The translations under genes were made by a program, and so were the position numbers. From Octopus vulgaris (Eukaryota), in NCBI GenBank assembly GCA_951406725.2, contig OX597816.1:124930001-124994000 (forward strand): 64,000 bases of DNA, written 5' to 3'. Under the pieces are notes generated by a model, which saw only the letters and a program-made list of their open reading frames with translations, was not told the DNA's origin and made no database searches. This document shows positions 40,056-55,900 of this stretch, in pieces (position 1 is the stretch's first letter; every line of letters begins with the position of its first letter).

Positions 40056-40289
40056 TCACTCATATGAGGTAGCGATTATCAGGTTGTGCAATTACCAGTG
40101 TTTTTTTTTTTTATTGTGAAACCATCACTCGATGTATCATCAGTTAGGACATGGGGAGATTCCAACCGTTCTTTTCATTATTATTATTATTATTCTCATC
40201 ACTAATATTATCTTAATTTTTTTACTATTTGTCGTTGTTAATACTTCCTCTGATCCAACATGAGCTTTGGCTAAATTATTATTATTTAT

Positions 40290-40810
40290 TGTTTTTGCAC
40301 ACCTTCCAACGCTGGAGATGTACTACGGTGCCAGCTGATCACTACCAGTGAACTAAGGTAACATTTGGAGTATTCGAGCGGTTCCAAGCAGTGCTGTCTT
40401 CTGCAAGTGCTCCAACATTATTAAAGCCCCTATTTGTTCCATGTAAATCTCAAGATTTTTACCCACTGTTCCCAGGGCTCCTACAATTATTAGTACTACC
40501 ACCACCTTTTACTACCACATACCTAGTTAGCAACTTCCTTGTCTTTCTGCCTAAGGTGTTTATTTCGTCTAATGTCCATGCGATTACTCCTGCTCCATAT
40601 CTAAGGAGGGAAAGTGTCCAGGTGTTGATAGCTTCGATCTTAATCCGTCCATTAATTTCGACTCAAGGATCAGTTTCAGACTGCGAAAGTACTCCATCTT
40701 AAATTTTTCTGTCATTTCTTTCTCCATCAATTTATCTATTTCCAAAATCTCCAAGTACTTATAACCCGTTTCTTCTATCTGTATCTGCTTCATAACCTCC
40801 TCCGACGGTA
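40290..40810 (-). mobile_element. R4/Dong family B, internally deleted copy
   Basis: GYKYLEILE...EYFRSLKLILESKL, LQKTALLG, family B 3' UTR. Confidence 0.8.
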
Positions 40811-40882
40811 TTATTATTATTTGTTGTTGTTGTTGTTGTTGTTGTTGTTCGTCTTCTTCTTCTTCGTCTTCTTCTTCTTCTT

Positions 40883-40986
<104 letters not shown>

Positions 40987-40991
40987 CATTG

Positions 40992-42461
40992 TTCAGTAGT
41001 TTTATTTTTATAGCGTGCTTTCACTTCACTACCGAGCACAGCTGTGTGCCTTAGGTATGTGCTGTGATTTGTTGTGATGCTCTGATGGTTATTGTATGGA
41101 AAGTGTTCGCGTAGGATGTGTGCAGTGCCTAGTAGTGCAATTTTCTGTATACTATATGTGTTTTTAAGTCCTGGTGTTTTTGTTATGTATTTGTCTGAAT
41201 ATTTTTTTATCATGCCTAATGTACCTACTAAGATAGGAATTGTTTCTGTTTTTAGATTCCACATTCTGGTTACCTCTATTCCCAGGTCTTTGTATTTTGA
41301 AAGTTTCTCCATTTCTTTTCGAGACACGTTGTCATCTGCCGGTATTGATACATCAATTAGAAAGCATGTTTTTTCTTCATGATCTCTGATAACTATATCT
41401 GGTCTGTTGGCCTTAATTTCTCTATCTGTGTGTATCGGCATATCCCAGAGTATGGTTCCTTTCTCGTTTTCTGGGACCGTTTCTGGTGTGTGCCTATACC
41501 ATCTTTTTTCTGTTGTTATTCCATAATGTTGGCATAGCTTCCAGTGTATGTGGGTTCCAACTCTGTCATGTCTGTGAATATATTCCTTCTTAGCCAGGAA
41601 TGGGCAGCCAGAGATAATATGATTTATTGTTTCTTGTCCATCTCCACATATTCTGCAGTTACTTGTTATATTTCTTTTCATTACATGTTTTTGGTAATTT
41701 CTGGTGGGGAGGCTTTGGTCATGTACAGCAATTAAAAATCCCCCTGTCTCTGCTTTGAGTTCTGAGCTTCTCAACCATCGCTGGGATTTTTCTTTGTCTA
41801 TTTCTTTCGCGTTTCGTTTAGTCCAGTATTTACCATGAAGGGGCTTTTCTTGCCATCGTTTTATCATGGTTCGTTGCTGTTCTATTTTTAGTTTGGATTT
41901 CATTTGTTTTATAGCTTTTGTTGTTTCTTCATCTTCTTCTTCTTGTTCTTCATATTTATTAGGTGGTATGATTTCTTGTTTGTATTTGTCAGCTTCCTTA
42001 AATACTGAGAACAGTTTTTTTGTTTTGCTCGTGTTTTGCCGCTATTTGTATCAGTTTTCCTTCCTTCTGAAGTAGATATTTTTGCAGTCCTATGGTGGTT
42101 ATTTTATAGTAGTTTTCCAGCTGTATAAGGCCTCTACCACCTTCTATACGTTGTATATATAGTCTTTCTATGTCAGATTTTGGGTGATGCATTCCAGATC
42201 CTGTCATTATTTTTCTTATTTTCCTATCTATTTTGGTCAGTTCATTTAGTGTCCAGTTAAGGATATTGTAGCTGTAACATATAACTGGGACAGCTAAAGT
42301 GTTAACACCTATTATCTTGTTTTTAGCATTGAGCTCTGTTTTCAGTATTGATCTAACTCGTCTATAATATTCTTTTTTTATTTTCTCTTTCATTTGTGTG
42401 TGTTGTGTCTTATCTAGTTCATGGATTCCTAAGTATTTGTAAGTTTGGCTTTGGTCTAATT
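40992..42461 (-). mobile_element. R4/Dong family A copy 1, 5'-truncated, frameshifted
   Basis: ORFs 41998-42393 and 40986-41903 closely similar to the 540-aa ORF but broken by indels. Confidence 0.95.
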
Positions 42462-42467
42462 TTTATA

Positions 42468-44365
<1,898 letters not shown>

Positions 44366-44406
44366 TATTTAGCATATCAATAATATTTAGCATATCAATA
44401 ATATCA

Positions 44407-44458
<52 letters not shown>

Positions 44459-44797
44459 TCCATTTGTTAAAAAAAGTTATTATATATTGCTTAGTCTCAA
44501 CTTTTGTCTTGAAATTGAGATAATAATATATATGTGAGGGTTGAAAGGAATAGTAGGTGGAAGAGATGCAGCTTGGTGAATAGACCAAATTTAACAGGTC
44601 TGTTGAAATATTCGACAGATGGTGAGGGGATCATTAATGGGCATTCCTGTACTGTAAGGAGACAAAAGAGGCCTCACACCCTTGGGGTCAGCAAAGGTCA
44701 AATGTGTTTACTCCTACTAGCGATCAATAAGAGTGCTGACTTTGGCCTTGAAAAGAACCAATTCATCTTGTTCTATTTTTGATTACTGATAGAAAAA

Positions 44798-44879
44798 TAT
44801 TATTATTGTTGTTGTTGTTGCTGTTGTTATTATTATTATTATTATTAGTAGTAGTAGTAGTAGTAGTAGTGGTAGTAGC

Positions 44880-44948
<69 letters not shown>

Positions 44949-44982
44949 TGTTGTTGTTGTTTCAGCAGCAGCAACAGCAGCT
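44798..44982. repeat. compound (ATT)/(GTT)/(GTA)/(GCA) microsatellite
   Basis: Directly visible. Confidence 0.95.
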
Positions 44983-46383
44983 TGATTGTTCTGATTCTGT
45001 CAGTTGGCAACGTTAGACTAAAAGTCTAGCAAAATTTTTTCCGTCTAATTACATTCAGATTTCCAATTCTGTTGGGATCTACTTTATGTTTTTTTCCATT
45101 CTTGATCGATAAAAAGGATCATGCATTCTAATGAGTTTATCGAAAAAATGTTGTGTAGCATTTCTATATATTTGTCCTATTCAATTTTCTGACACCATAA
45201 CGTGCGAAGAAAACTACTCTTCTTCATAGAATTTACCTAATTACTCGAATTAAGCTTGGACTTTATTACACGCTTAATATTTTTCACATATAGTTTTATT
45301 TTTCCTTCATTTCCTCATACATAATGACATGAAAATCTTAGGATGGTGTTTCGATATGATTATCTCATTAAAATGAAAGAATCTTATAGGTAAAAACAGA
45401 TTTTAGAAAATACTCGTCCTCAATTTTAAGTTAGAATTGCATATTTTGATTTATCAAATTGGATTTCAATATCACACGGTAAAATGGTAACACAACTTTA
45501 CTATTTAAAGAAATAAATTGATCTCTTTTCCTTTTCCTTTTTTTTTTTTTGAGATACTTCAATATCTTACATCCCTTCGTTTCTGATGTCCATATTGATA
45601 TTCCAAATTTAATTCTCTTTTCAATGCAACGCACATTTGCTAATTTACCAATTTAATGTATCTAGCAATCGCTTTTTCTGAGTTTGAAAATATCATTATG
45701 TTATCCATTAAGAACAGATAATTTAGAGGTACATTTCTACCTACCTTGTGGCCCATGTTGCTTTCTCTAAATATCACTGTACAGTATAGATACAAAAACG
45801 TTTCTTTGTTTTTTTTTCTTTTGTCTTTTCTTTAAAGTAACCTAAACCTTTAACACGGGTATTTGACAAAAATTACTTTTATACGAATATGAGTTGCTTC
45901 AAGGACGAAACACTTTTGTATACTTCACATATGAGTATTCATATGTTATCAAATCATAATTCAGGGTCCTATTTTTCCTGCGACAGATGTATTCAAATAG
46001 ACAAAAGTGTTTATTTCTAAGCCATTTCAGAAATATGCGAAAAGAAAGAAATGGCGTATAAGTTCAGTTCTAAATTTACAGTAGCATTTTTCACGTCTCT
46101 CTCACATTAGCTGGAGTCAATCTGAATGATATATGGAATATAATTTTGTTCATCCTACTTAAAAATAAGTTAAGGAAGAGGAGGTAACGTGCACTTGTAT
46201 AGCACAAGGCTACCTATTGGCTAGTTCCCCAATTTATAAGTCCAAGGCACGTGTCAATGTGAAAACATTTTCAATAACGTTGACCAACACTAATTGTAGC
46301 TAGTAACTCAACATTAGAAGCCGGTAAACATTAACATAAATTTAAATGATATGTATTAATCATAGAGTGTCTCTGTTGCTATA

Positions 46384-47588
46384 TCAGGTCATCCCATAAG
46401 TTCTGTCTGAATTGTGAATAAAGAAAACAAGTGATCAGATGTTATATTTAACTGAAATTTAATCCTCAATGTAAAACTCTTTTGGTTTCAAAGCGAAGTA
46501 ATCTGAAATGTCAATTTCGACCTCCTCCTGGCTTGCGAAAGTTATGTCCCCCTAATGATTCTTTAAACTACGAAACAAATGGTAGACTGAAGGAGCAAGG
46601 TCGGGAGAATAAGGCGGATGACGAATCTTTCCCAACAAAGCTCTTCGATCTTCTGTGATTTGATCTTTGCAGTGTGGGGTCGCGCATTGTCCTAATGAAA
46701 CATCACTCCTTTTCGATTCACTAAAGCGGGTCTTTCTTTCAAGAAAGCTTGGTTCAAACGCTCTAATTGCTGACAGTAGACTTGAGCATTGATTTTTGCA
46801 TTAGGCGGTAACAATTGAAAGTGAATGACTCCTTTGCAATCCCACCAGATAGAGAAAAGAATCTTTTTCTCGTGAAGTTTTCTTCTCGGTTGTGGTTGAG
46901 ATTTTCCCCTTTTACCAATCGACTGTTTACGACGTTTAACATTTTGATAGACGATCCATTTTTCGTCACCAGTCGCAAGTCTATCCAAAAAGGGTGAAAT
47001 GAGTTCGCTAGAAAGGAGAGAAGAGCAGACGTCAACTCGTGATTTGCGGTTGCTTTCGGACAATTCATGAGGCACCCACTTTTCAAGTTTAGGAACATTT
47101 CCAAGTTGTTGAAGATAGCTTAAACGAAGCTTCATTGCCAATTCTTCGACTGACAATGCAGGATTTTCTTCAAGTAATACCCCAAGGAGCTTATCATCAA
47201 ACTCAACTGGACGTCCTGTTCGATCTTCATCTTCAAGGCTGAAATCTCCACTTCTGAATTCTGCAAACCATCTTCTGCAGGTTCTTACATTCAAGTATTC
47301 TTTCCCATACATTGAGTGTATGTTTCGAGTCGCTTCGTCTGCAGAGTTTCCTTTTATGTACTCATAAAGCATTACGTACCTCAAATACTCTTTGGATACT
47401 TCCATGTTAGAAAGGGTTTTAATCGAAGAAATTGTAATTCTATTATTCTGTAAAATAGTATTTAATAACTTTAAATGTACGCAAATGCATAAAAATAATA
47501 TTTAATTCCATTAGACATTTAAAATACTATTAAATTTCATTCAGGTTTTAAAAAGGTAAAATCGGACAGAACTTATGGGATGACCTGA
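46384..47588 (-). mobile_element. full-length mariner (DD34D) element with 27-bp TIRs and TA target duplication; transposase inactivated
   Basis: TA-tcaggtcatcccataagttctgtctga ... tcggacagaacttatgggatgacctga-TA; ORF 46692-47405 with HTH, WVPHEL, TGDEKW; stop in H*DNARPH; downstream HPPYSPDLAPSVYHLF. Confidence 0.97.
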
Positions 47589-49940
47589 TAAAATATTTAA
47601 TGATTGTAGAAAATCACGTAGCAGTTCTAAACGGGTGTGCTGAGAAATGTTTTAAGCATAGCAACACACAGCAGGGAGTCCACATGCCACAGATGTGGGA
47701 ATACGAATAATTTAAGTGTCTGACTAGAAGAACTAGAGAATCTAAGAGGAAAGGAACCACACAAACTGCAATATCAATAGCCGCGCCAGAGAGATGTCGC
47801 ACTCAGGATACAACTTGTCTCATATCTTGAAACAGTGGAGAATGTTGAATTCTCTTATCTCTCAAAAGCCGACAAAAATGTCGACAAGGGAATCGCTGAA
47901 AAAGCAGTTGAGGATCCACTCCTCGATGTCATAAACAACACAGGTATTCTCTGATGATGATGCGCATATCGAAAGTTGCTATATACTGTGAGAGAGAGAA
48001 GGACATTTATAGAACGAACAATTGCAAGAAATAACACTAAACAAGAGTGACAGCAAGACAGCTTTATGAGACGGAACCAATTTATTCCACCCCATTACAT
48101 TGGCGATCATAGTTTTTTGGGGTTTTTTTTTTTTTTGGCATATTAAACTGGTTCCTGGCATAAATAACTATGTAATCCTTACGTAACGAATGTATTACAA
48201 AAGTCCAACATTACGGTCTCTGATTACGTGGGCACCCAAAAGAAAGGATTGTAATGAAAATCAGTGTAGACTATTACGGAGAACTAAACATTACATCAAG
48301 TCGCTAGAGCGTTTCTTGACTGCTTCAACCATTTCGTCTCAATGAATTTCGGTCTGTACAACTGCATGAAAAAGACTGCAGATGGAGTGCCCCAATCTAA
48401 TTTAGATGGAAGTTTTCGACCTGCGTTTAAGTAGAATGGGCATTTTATATCTGACGTTGTTTCAATCGAATTGTTTATAAATTATGTAATGTGTTTAAGA
48501 GTTTTGTGAAAATATTATGCGATTTCAGAATCTTAAGTAACTTCTGACATGTAAGATGCGTTTACTTCTTCAGAAATTCTGCTTTAATAATTTTGTTCGT
48601 ATTTCAAAAAACATTTTCAATACTTTTCTAACTCGTTTATTGCACGAATCTATGGAATCTAGCGGCAAAAAGAAACAAATTATCATTATTGTTATTGTTT
48701 GTGTTAGTAAAAAAAAAATAAATGAAATATTAAATTTCTTTTCAATGTTTACTCGTTTAAATGTATCCGGAAACGCCTTCACGTACACTAAATTTGTACT
48801 TAGCAACACAGACTACAAACAGAAAAAACAACATTTAATTAAGCTAGCAGACACATACATTTCGTCAAATGAAAATATTAATGTAACTTGTTATTTTCTC
48901 CAAAAATATAAAAGGAATAATAACACTTTCACTTTGTTCCTAACAAATGAGAAGAACAAGTTTTAGTAGAGAAAACAAGTCATTAGCTTCTGTTATCAAC
49001 AATACAGAGAGTTTTAAATAGAATTTGAACGGAGAAGAAAAGGTCTCAGCGCAAATATGTGAAAAAAGAAAATACTTCCTTACATAGGAGTTGTTTCCAA
49101 GTGCTGGATGTAAGATAGTAAGGTGTCTTTGTTTTGAAAACAAGAGATATTGTTTCCATCTTCCCTCAGTAGACCATTTCAAGTAAGCCATATTTGCATG
49201 TAAGATGTTTCTATCGATTGGAGAATAGTTTATGAGAGGCAAGCGCTGTTTTTCAAGAGAGGAAGCGAAATAGTGTATCAAATACATGCCGGTAGAATCA
49301 TTGCGCAATATGGTGAACAAAGGCTTAAAATTGTCAGGATCTGTTGAAAAAGTCAAGACTAACGGGCAAAAAAGTTTTAAAATCCTCCTACGTTAAGTTT
49401 GCATTTGTTTACAAATTTTTACCACATCCCTCATTCAATATGTCTAAGAAATACGACTATCATACAGACAAAATATAATTGCAAAAACAGAACTCAGGCA
49501 GTACAAGACAGAATTACATCACAGAATTCTAGTTTATAACACAATGACATAAAAATGAGCACTGAATACAGAACTAAATTATTTCAGACAAATTAATTAA
49601 AGCTTTTGGCAACAGCAGCAGCAACACAAACTCTAATACAGAGATATTAGTGGGCACTCCAGATATGACTAACTGAACAGGTACTGAAAGAGTGAACTTT
49701 GCTTCTATAACTACAAATACACAATTTTATATTAAAGTAGAAAGTGTAATTAACAGAGAGCGTTGTGTTAAGCGAGAAAAGTTCTAATCTAAGAGAGGGC
49801 TGACGATTAACTGACACATATGTGCCTTAAAACGATAGTACAGCAGAAGACATGATAATGATAATAGTCAACAACACTTTCAAGGAAATAAAAGGTTGAT
49901 TTACTACTCTGAAAGATTTGATCATAAACCAGTTAAAATA

Positions 49941-50837
49941 CGAGGTAGTATCGAAACGTTTCCGGATGCTTGATAAAAAAATCCTATTTACCTAAGTTTT
50001 AACATCGTCCCCTTCGAAATATCCACCTTACGCAGCAATATTCTGGTCCCAGCGTTCCTGCCACTTTTGTAATCCGGCCTGAGAGTCGTTTTTTCCGTAA
50101 GCGAGTCGAGGAACTTCTACGATTCGCTCTTGATTTCGACAACGGTGCTAAAGAGATGACCTTCGTGCTGCATTTGCATCTTGGAGAAGATATGGAAGCA
50201 CACAGGTATAAATCTGGCGAATAGGGCGGCTGCGGAAGCGATACCATGTTGTTTTTAGTTAGAAACTCATGAGTGAGGAGAGCTCGATTACAGGGTGCTT
50301 TGTCGCAGTGAAGAACCCAATTCTTCGTGCTCCAGAGATGCTGTCGCTTTCGCCGAATGTCCTCCCTCAAACAGTTCAAAACGTCGCAATAGAACTTCCA
50401 ATTGACAGTCTGGCCCTGCGGAATGAATTCTCGATGCACAATACTGCAGATATCGAAGGAAATTATGTGAATGCTCTTGATTGAGCTACAGATCTGTCGT
50501 CCTCTTTTGAAGCTGCCGTGTCACTCGAAACATTGCATACGACTCATTGCCTTGTCACCGTAAGCTTACTGAAGTATATGCCTAATGTCTTTGTAGGAGA
50601 TTTTCCAAGTTTAACGCATAATTTCACGTTGGCTCTTTGTTCCAAATTCCAATCCATATACACATACATGTGATCACAAAACAAATCATATTTCCCAACT
50701 TGCGAAGTAACGCAGCAATCTCACTCGGCACACTGCCTCATTAAGGTCACTGCTAGCTCTCACTGTGCACGAAGCCGTGTGCTGCAATTTGTTGGCACGC
50801 TACCTAGCTAGTCCTGGAACTTTTTGATACAACCTCC
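49941..50837 (-). mobile_element. degenerate, internally deleted mariner element with TIRs and TA flanks
   Basis: TA-cgaggtagtatcgaaacgtttccgga / rc ggaggttgtatcaaaaagttccagga; EFIPQGQTVN..FYCDVL, LHCDKAPC, QPPYSPDL. Confidence 0.85.
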
Positions 50838-51049
50838 TATGATAAAAATCGATCAAGCAACAGCAAAATAAGCAAAAGAATTATGGGAGGGATTACGGAC
50901 AGTAAAGAATGTGTCAAGATGATAGTTTTCCAACACCCAAACCTCATTATGGGAACAAACGACTGAGATCAAGAGTAATCACAACACGTCTTAAAACGAA
51001 CAACATAAATGCACCAGAGCATAATGATATCCATAACTTTTGAGTTAGA

Positions 51050-52220
51050 TATAGATCCAGCAAAATACTGAGAAATATTTTAATAACATCCAAAAATGAT
51101 TAAAAAAATATATACCAGACTGATAAATTGATATGGAAACTATCTTATTCCCGAAGAAGAAACAAGCACTAAACACTACTCACGCATAACTCGCCTATTT
51201 GGAGCTTGAAAAACGCTAACCTGAATAATATAGCGGAGGGTGATAAGCATCTTGTTCGAAAAGTGTTTTCAAGAAAGCAGAAATGACCTTGTTATGTCGG
51301 GTGTAGATTTTAAATCTTAACTACGTATTCAAATATTTACCCGATAAATGTGAAAAGGATTACAGATTATTTGTGATAGTGTTTTCCATATGAATCCTGA
51401 ATACATTAATCATGTATTAAGCAGTACCATTCATAAGCAGGTGATTGAAACAAGTGATGTGTAATAAAATTTTACAGAGAGACGGAAGGGAATGTAAAAA
51501 AAAATAAACATTTGTCAATGGAACGATGGTTATTTCATGAAGTTCGTGTGAATTTTGAAGAATTTACTACTTTTAAGGGAATTTACTACCTTTAAAGGAT
51601 TATTCTGCATACAGGAATGAGATCATAAAAACACCAGAACAGCTCAGGTGCTGCATAAAACGAACAGTTGGAAGTTATTATAACATGATCAAATCCGAAA
51701 TTTGTAGTTCAGATATTAACCGAAGCACGAGCAATATATAGACTGATTTGAAAGCTTTCCCGCAAACTAAAGAAAAAGGTAGTTCGAGGTAACGCTCAAT
51801 CGATACAAAAGCTGTGAGGGATAATAATTCATCGTTCTAATATAGACAATCTCAAGTTATATATTGCAAGTGTGTTAAAACAATATAAACTTGAAAATAC
51901 TTAATAATCAATGCATATGAGTACACATAACACTTATGGAAAGGAGTATTATAGACGCATTAGATTAATACTCAAGAAATCAAATTTATTTTCTCTCTTC
52001 ACTCTTGAGGGAAACCAACAAATAAATGTAAAATCAAAAATTTGAATTAAGAGTTGTGAGGAAGAACAGCAACAGCCATTTTGAAAAAATTGAAATATCA
52101 TGCTATCAATGAATGAAAAAATCGTCTATATGAGCATTACCTGGAAAATACGGAATAGCGTAAAAACTGAAGTACAAAAGCTGTAGTTCTGACACATAAT
52201 TGCAAATTTTGTACTCTGCT
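51050..52220 (+). mobile_element. very old R4/Dong-like RT remnant
   Basis: TYLIP/ITRL-like fragments near 51140-51200 and KEYYRRIRLILK at ~51940-51976. Confidence 0.45.
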
Positions 52221-52787
52221 TCTTCCGTTATTAGTACAACTGAATAATTTTCAGTGATGAAACAAAATTAAACCGGTTATACCAGAATACACCACAATCA
52301 TATAGTGAACGGTATTTCGTTAAATGAATGCCCAATATGTAGAGATTCAACAGAAACAAGTTTTTGGCAAAATGGAATTCATCTAAAGGCTCACAGTATT
52401 TTGTGTGTTTTTTTTAACACAGGAAATTATTATATAGCATTAAATATAAACAGAATCGCGGTGGAATAAGCAGGCAATAGAATGGTTCCTAGAGAAAGAG
52501 ATGCTATTATCCTGTAATATGACAATCCCGAGTTAAAGCTCATATCCCGAATATTTTTTCAAGGATCAAGTGGAAAAAAATTCTTGCAAATTAAGTGTCT
52601 AGGCGTGTTGACTTAGTAACGTGTTGATTTCGATGCGGTTTATTGAAAAACAATACCCTTGAAGGCCATTTGACCTTTTAGCCCTATTTGTTGTTCAAAA
52701 CTGTTGTTCAAATTTAAACATTAAGTGTTGTTCAAAATTTATCATTTCGTATAATTTTCATACCTCTAGAAATTTGTTCCGTACTAT

Positions 52788-52975
52788 TTGCCCCTCCCCA
52801 ACCATCGCTTGACCACCGAATTTGGTGTCTTTACATCCTCGTAACTTTGCGGTTCGACAATAGGGACCGATAGAATAAGTACTACGCTTACAAAGAATAA
52901 GTCCTGGGGTCGATTTGTCTGACTAAGGGCGATGCTTCAACATGGCCGTTGTCAATTGACTGAAACAAGTAAAAA
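52788..52975 (+). mobile_element. SINE family 1, 3' half
   Basis: gcggttcgac...gaccgatagaataagtact...gaataagtcctggggtcgat...gactgaaacaagtaaaaa. Confidence 0.85.
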
Positions 52976-55900
52976 TAATATACGTATATACATACACACA
53001 CATACGTGATATATATATATGTGTGTGTGTGTGAGTGTGTATTTGTATATACATATATGCGTGTGTGCATATGTGTATTTGTATGTATGTGTGTTTAAGT
53101 AGATAGCTAGATAGTTAAATAAACAGAGGGACAGACATTCAAAGACAGACAGATGATAGGTAGTTATACGCGGTACGTAGATTCATTGATATATTGATGC
53201 GTACTCACAAATATGTATTTGTTATTATATTCATTATTTCGATTAAGATGAACACGTTTCTTTTATATCTTCATCATACTTATGTACTCTGAAATATTTG
53301 CCATCCTCTCTGTATGTGGACGTTATTGTATCTCCAACTACAAGTCCGTAGGTTAAAACATAAAATTGTAACATGTAGTAAACTACATTCCGTAGAAAAA
53401 TCTACCAGTATCACTGATTCTAAATTTAATATGAAATATTTGGGGCTGGTGATGAACAAAATGTATTTTTCGAAGCCTATCGAACATTTTTCCTTATACA
53501 CAACGTTTTTTATTTACCTAAGTGAATGGTGGATTTCGAACCATAAAAGAACTCCTATACATAATAATCTAAATCTCTCAAATCACATCGAAAATTAAAA
53601 TGAAGACCACGTTGTATAATGTTGTATTCGAAATACAGAAAACGTATGTCTGTCAAAAGTAGAGCGTCTTTTCCTCTAGGTCTGTCCGATCACAGCTAAA
53701 CAGAGAATCATTATCGACGACAATAACAACAACATCAAATCAAGTGAAATTATTGTTCCCGAGATAATCAGAGTCTTGATGCTTCTAATTCCAAGATCCA
53801 GTGCTTGAGGGTTGTGTAAACGAAGATTGAAGAAAATTCCTATAACAGATATACGATGGATTCTTTGCGTGAGTGAGTGTGTGCACGCGCGTGTTTGTGT
53901 GAGTGTGTGTTATGTGTGAGTCTGTATGCGCGTATATGTGTATGTATGTTTATATGTGTACTAAAGGCTATAAATATATATATATATATATAAGTATATA
54001 TATTTTCAGAAGTATCTTGTCGATATTTATTATACATCTCCCTCTGATAACCTGGACAGTGTACAATGGAAGTTTCATACCGTAATTGGCTCTTCGACCT
54101 CTGAGATTAGGTCACACCAGATCTTTTGTTTTATTTTTGCTTATTGAGAATGGAGTTTAAACACATTGGCAGATATTCCAGTAGATAAATTAGGAAATCC
54201 TATCCCAATAAGGCCAGTGTCCACCTGCTAAATTGTCAAGTGATATTTAGACAAGGTGTAGAAATAGTAGTTAACGTATGTATGTGTGTTGATTAGTTCT
54301 GAGTGTTATCGATGTATAAGGCTTCTTCTCGATAGCTTGCACATTTGTTCTTTTTCTATCTGTCTTAAAGTTCTGAGCTGCTGAATGGTTACAAAGGCAG
54401 AAACGACTTCTATCATAATTATTATTGCTGTTTTAATTGTAGCATCTATTTATTTATAGTGGTGTTACTATTTTTACTACTTCTATTAAATAGTTATATT
54501 TATCGATGTGTTTTATCTCATATTTTGTCTTGTACCATAACTTTGCATCAGAATTTGCTTTTAGAATTTTGAAACAAATCTAGAAAATAGTAAAAGCTTC
54601 TTTTATTCCACTTCTGTTTTGCTGCAAAAGGCAATCGGATACATAACATTATGATATAACTTTTAACTTCCTTGCTTAATGATACATTTGAAAAGTGCGT
54701 TACAAAGGGTTAAGTTATTTGATACTTTCTTGATCATAGTCTATATCGATAAAATTTACACATATTTTCTTTAATAATATTATGCTAAAGGAGGATCTCA
54801 CATTAGAGTTGTATTCATTCACCTTCCTCATGAAAAGGAGGCTGATATTGCTTTATTCCCTGTACTAAAGTTAACTATGAGATATTTATTTACGTCTATT
54901 TATATCTCACCTCTAATATCACAAAGTATGGAGTGGAACATAAATGGATCCACAAAGAATTGTTCTTCCCAAACCAGCCTAGATGTAACAACACTTAAGA
55001 ACTCCTAACTGTACATCAGGTGACTTTTGTTTTCATAGTTTCTGAAATATCGCAAATGTATCTGTAGGTATTAATATTAGAACTTTCTAAAATATACTTA
55101 AGACTTGTTTTCACGAACAATATGCTTAATGGAACTGTTGCAAAACAAAACAAAGAAGGATGGAGAGAATCGCTTCAGAATATTACATTTAGTAGTGTAT
55201 ATTGTCTCCACCTTGACTTTGCTCTCTTATTCTCATAAATTCTACATTTACTCGCATATATAGATGTTTATTGATAATATTTGTTATAGGATCAGAAAGC
55301 TGTGGATATAGTCAGAAGCATTTTATCGTGGTCATTGAATGCTGATTTTTATCGTTTTCTCTCGAGAATCTTTCAAAAGGGCTTTGTTGCACTATTTTGT
55401 CGATATTTGTATTAATCCATTTCTGTATGGATGGTTAAAATAGCGGTTATTTAGAAACGTAGCCAATGTTTTGCAAAAGCTGGATAAAATCTTATTGATC
55501 TAACCGTTTATGCTTATCATTTTCTTCAAACCGGGGTTCTTAGTGTCATAGATTCAATTGTTTTGTTTTTCTATATAATTGTTATATTTTTGGTTTTCTC
55601 CATCTAAATATTCTGGAAATTGTGACTGCGTTTTAGGGAGTTTAATCAGAAGCTATGCATTATATCACCGTGTAAGAATTCACGTTTATTTTTATTTCCT
55701 TTTAATCTATTGTTTTCCCGTCTTTCTCGTTGAGCGTATTATAAACTTTTATAGATGTTGTCTATCCATTTCGTGGAATATTTGAATCGTTCTCTGCCTG
55801 TTATATTTATCCAAATATATGTACGATACCTATTGTTGCTGAATGCATCAAAATATTTACATTCTCGCCACTTATTCATGAAAACGTACTACATATTTAT

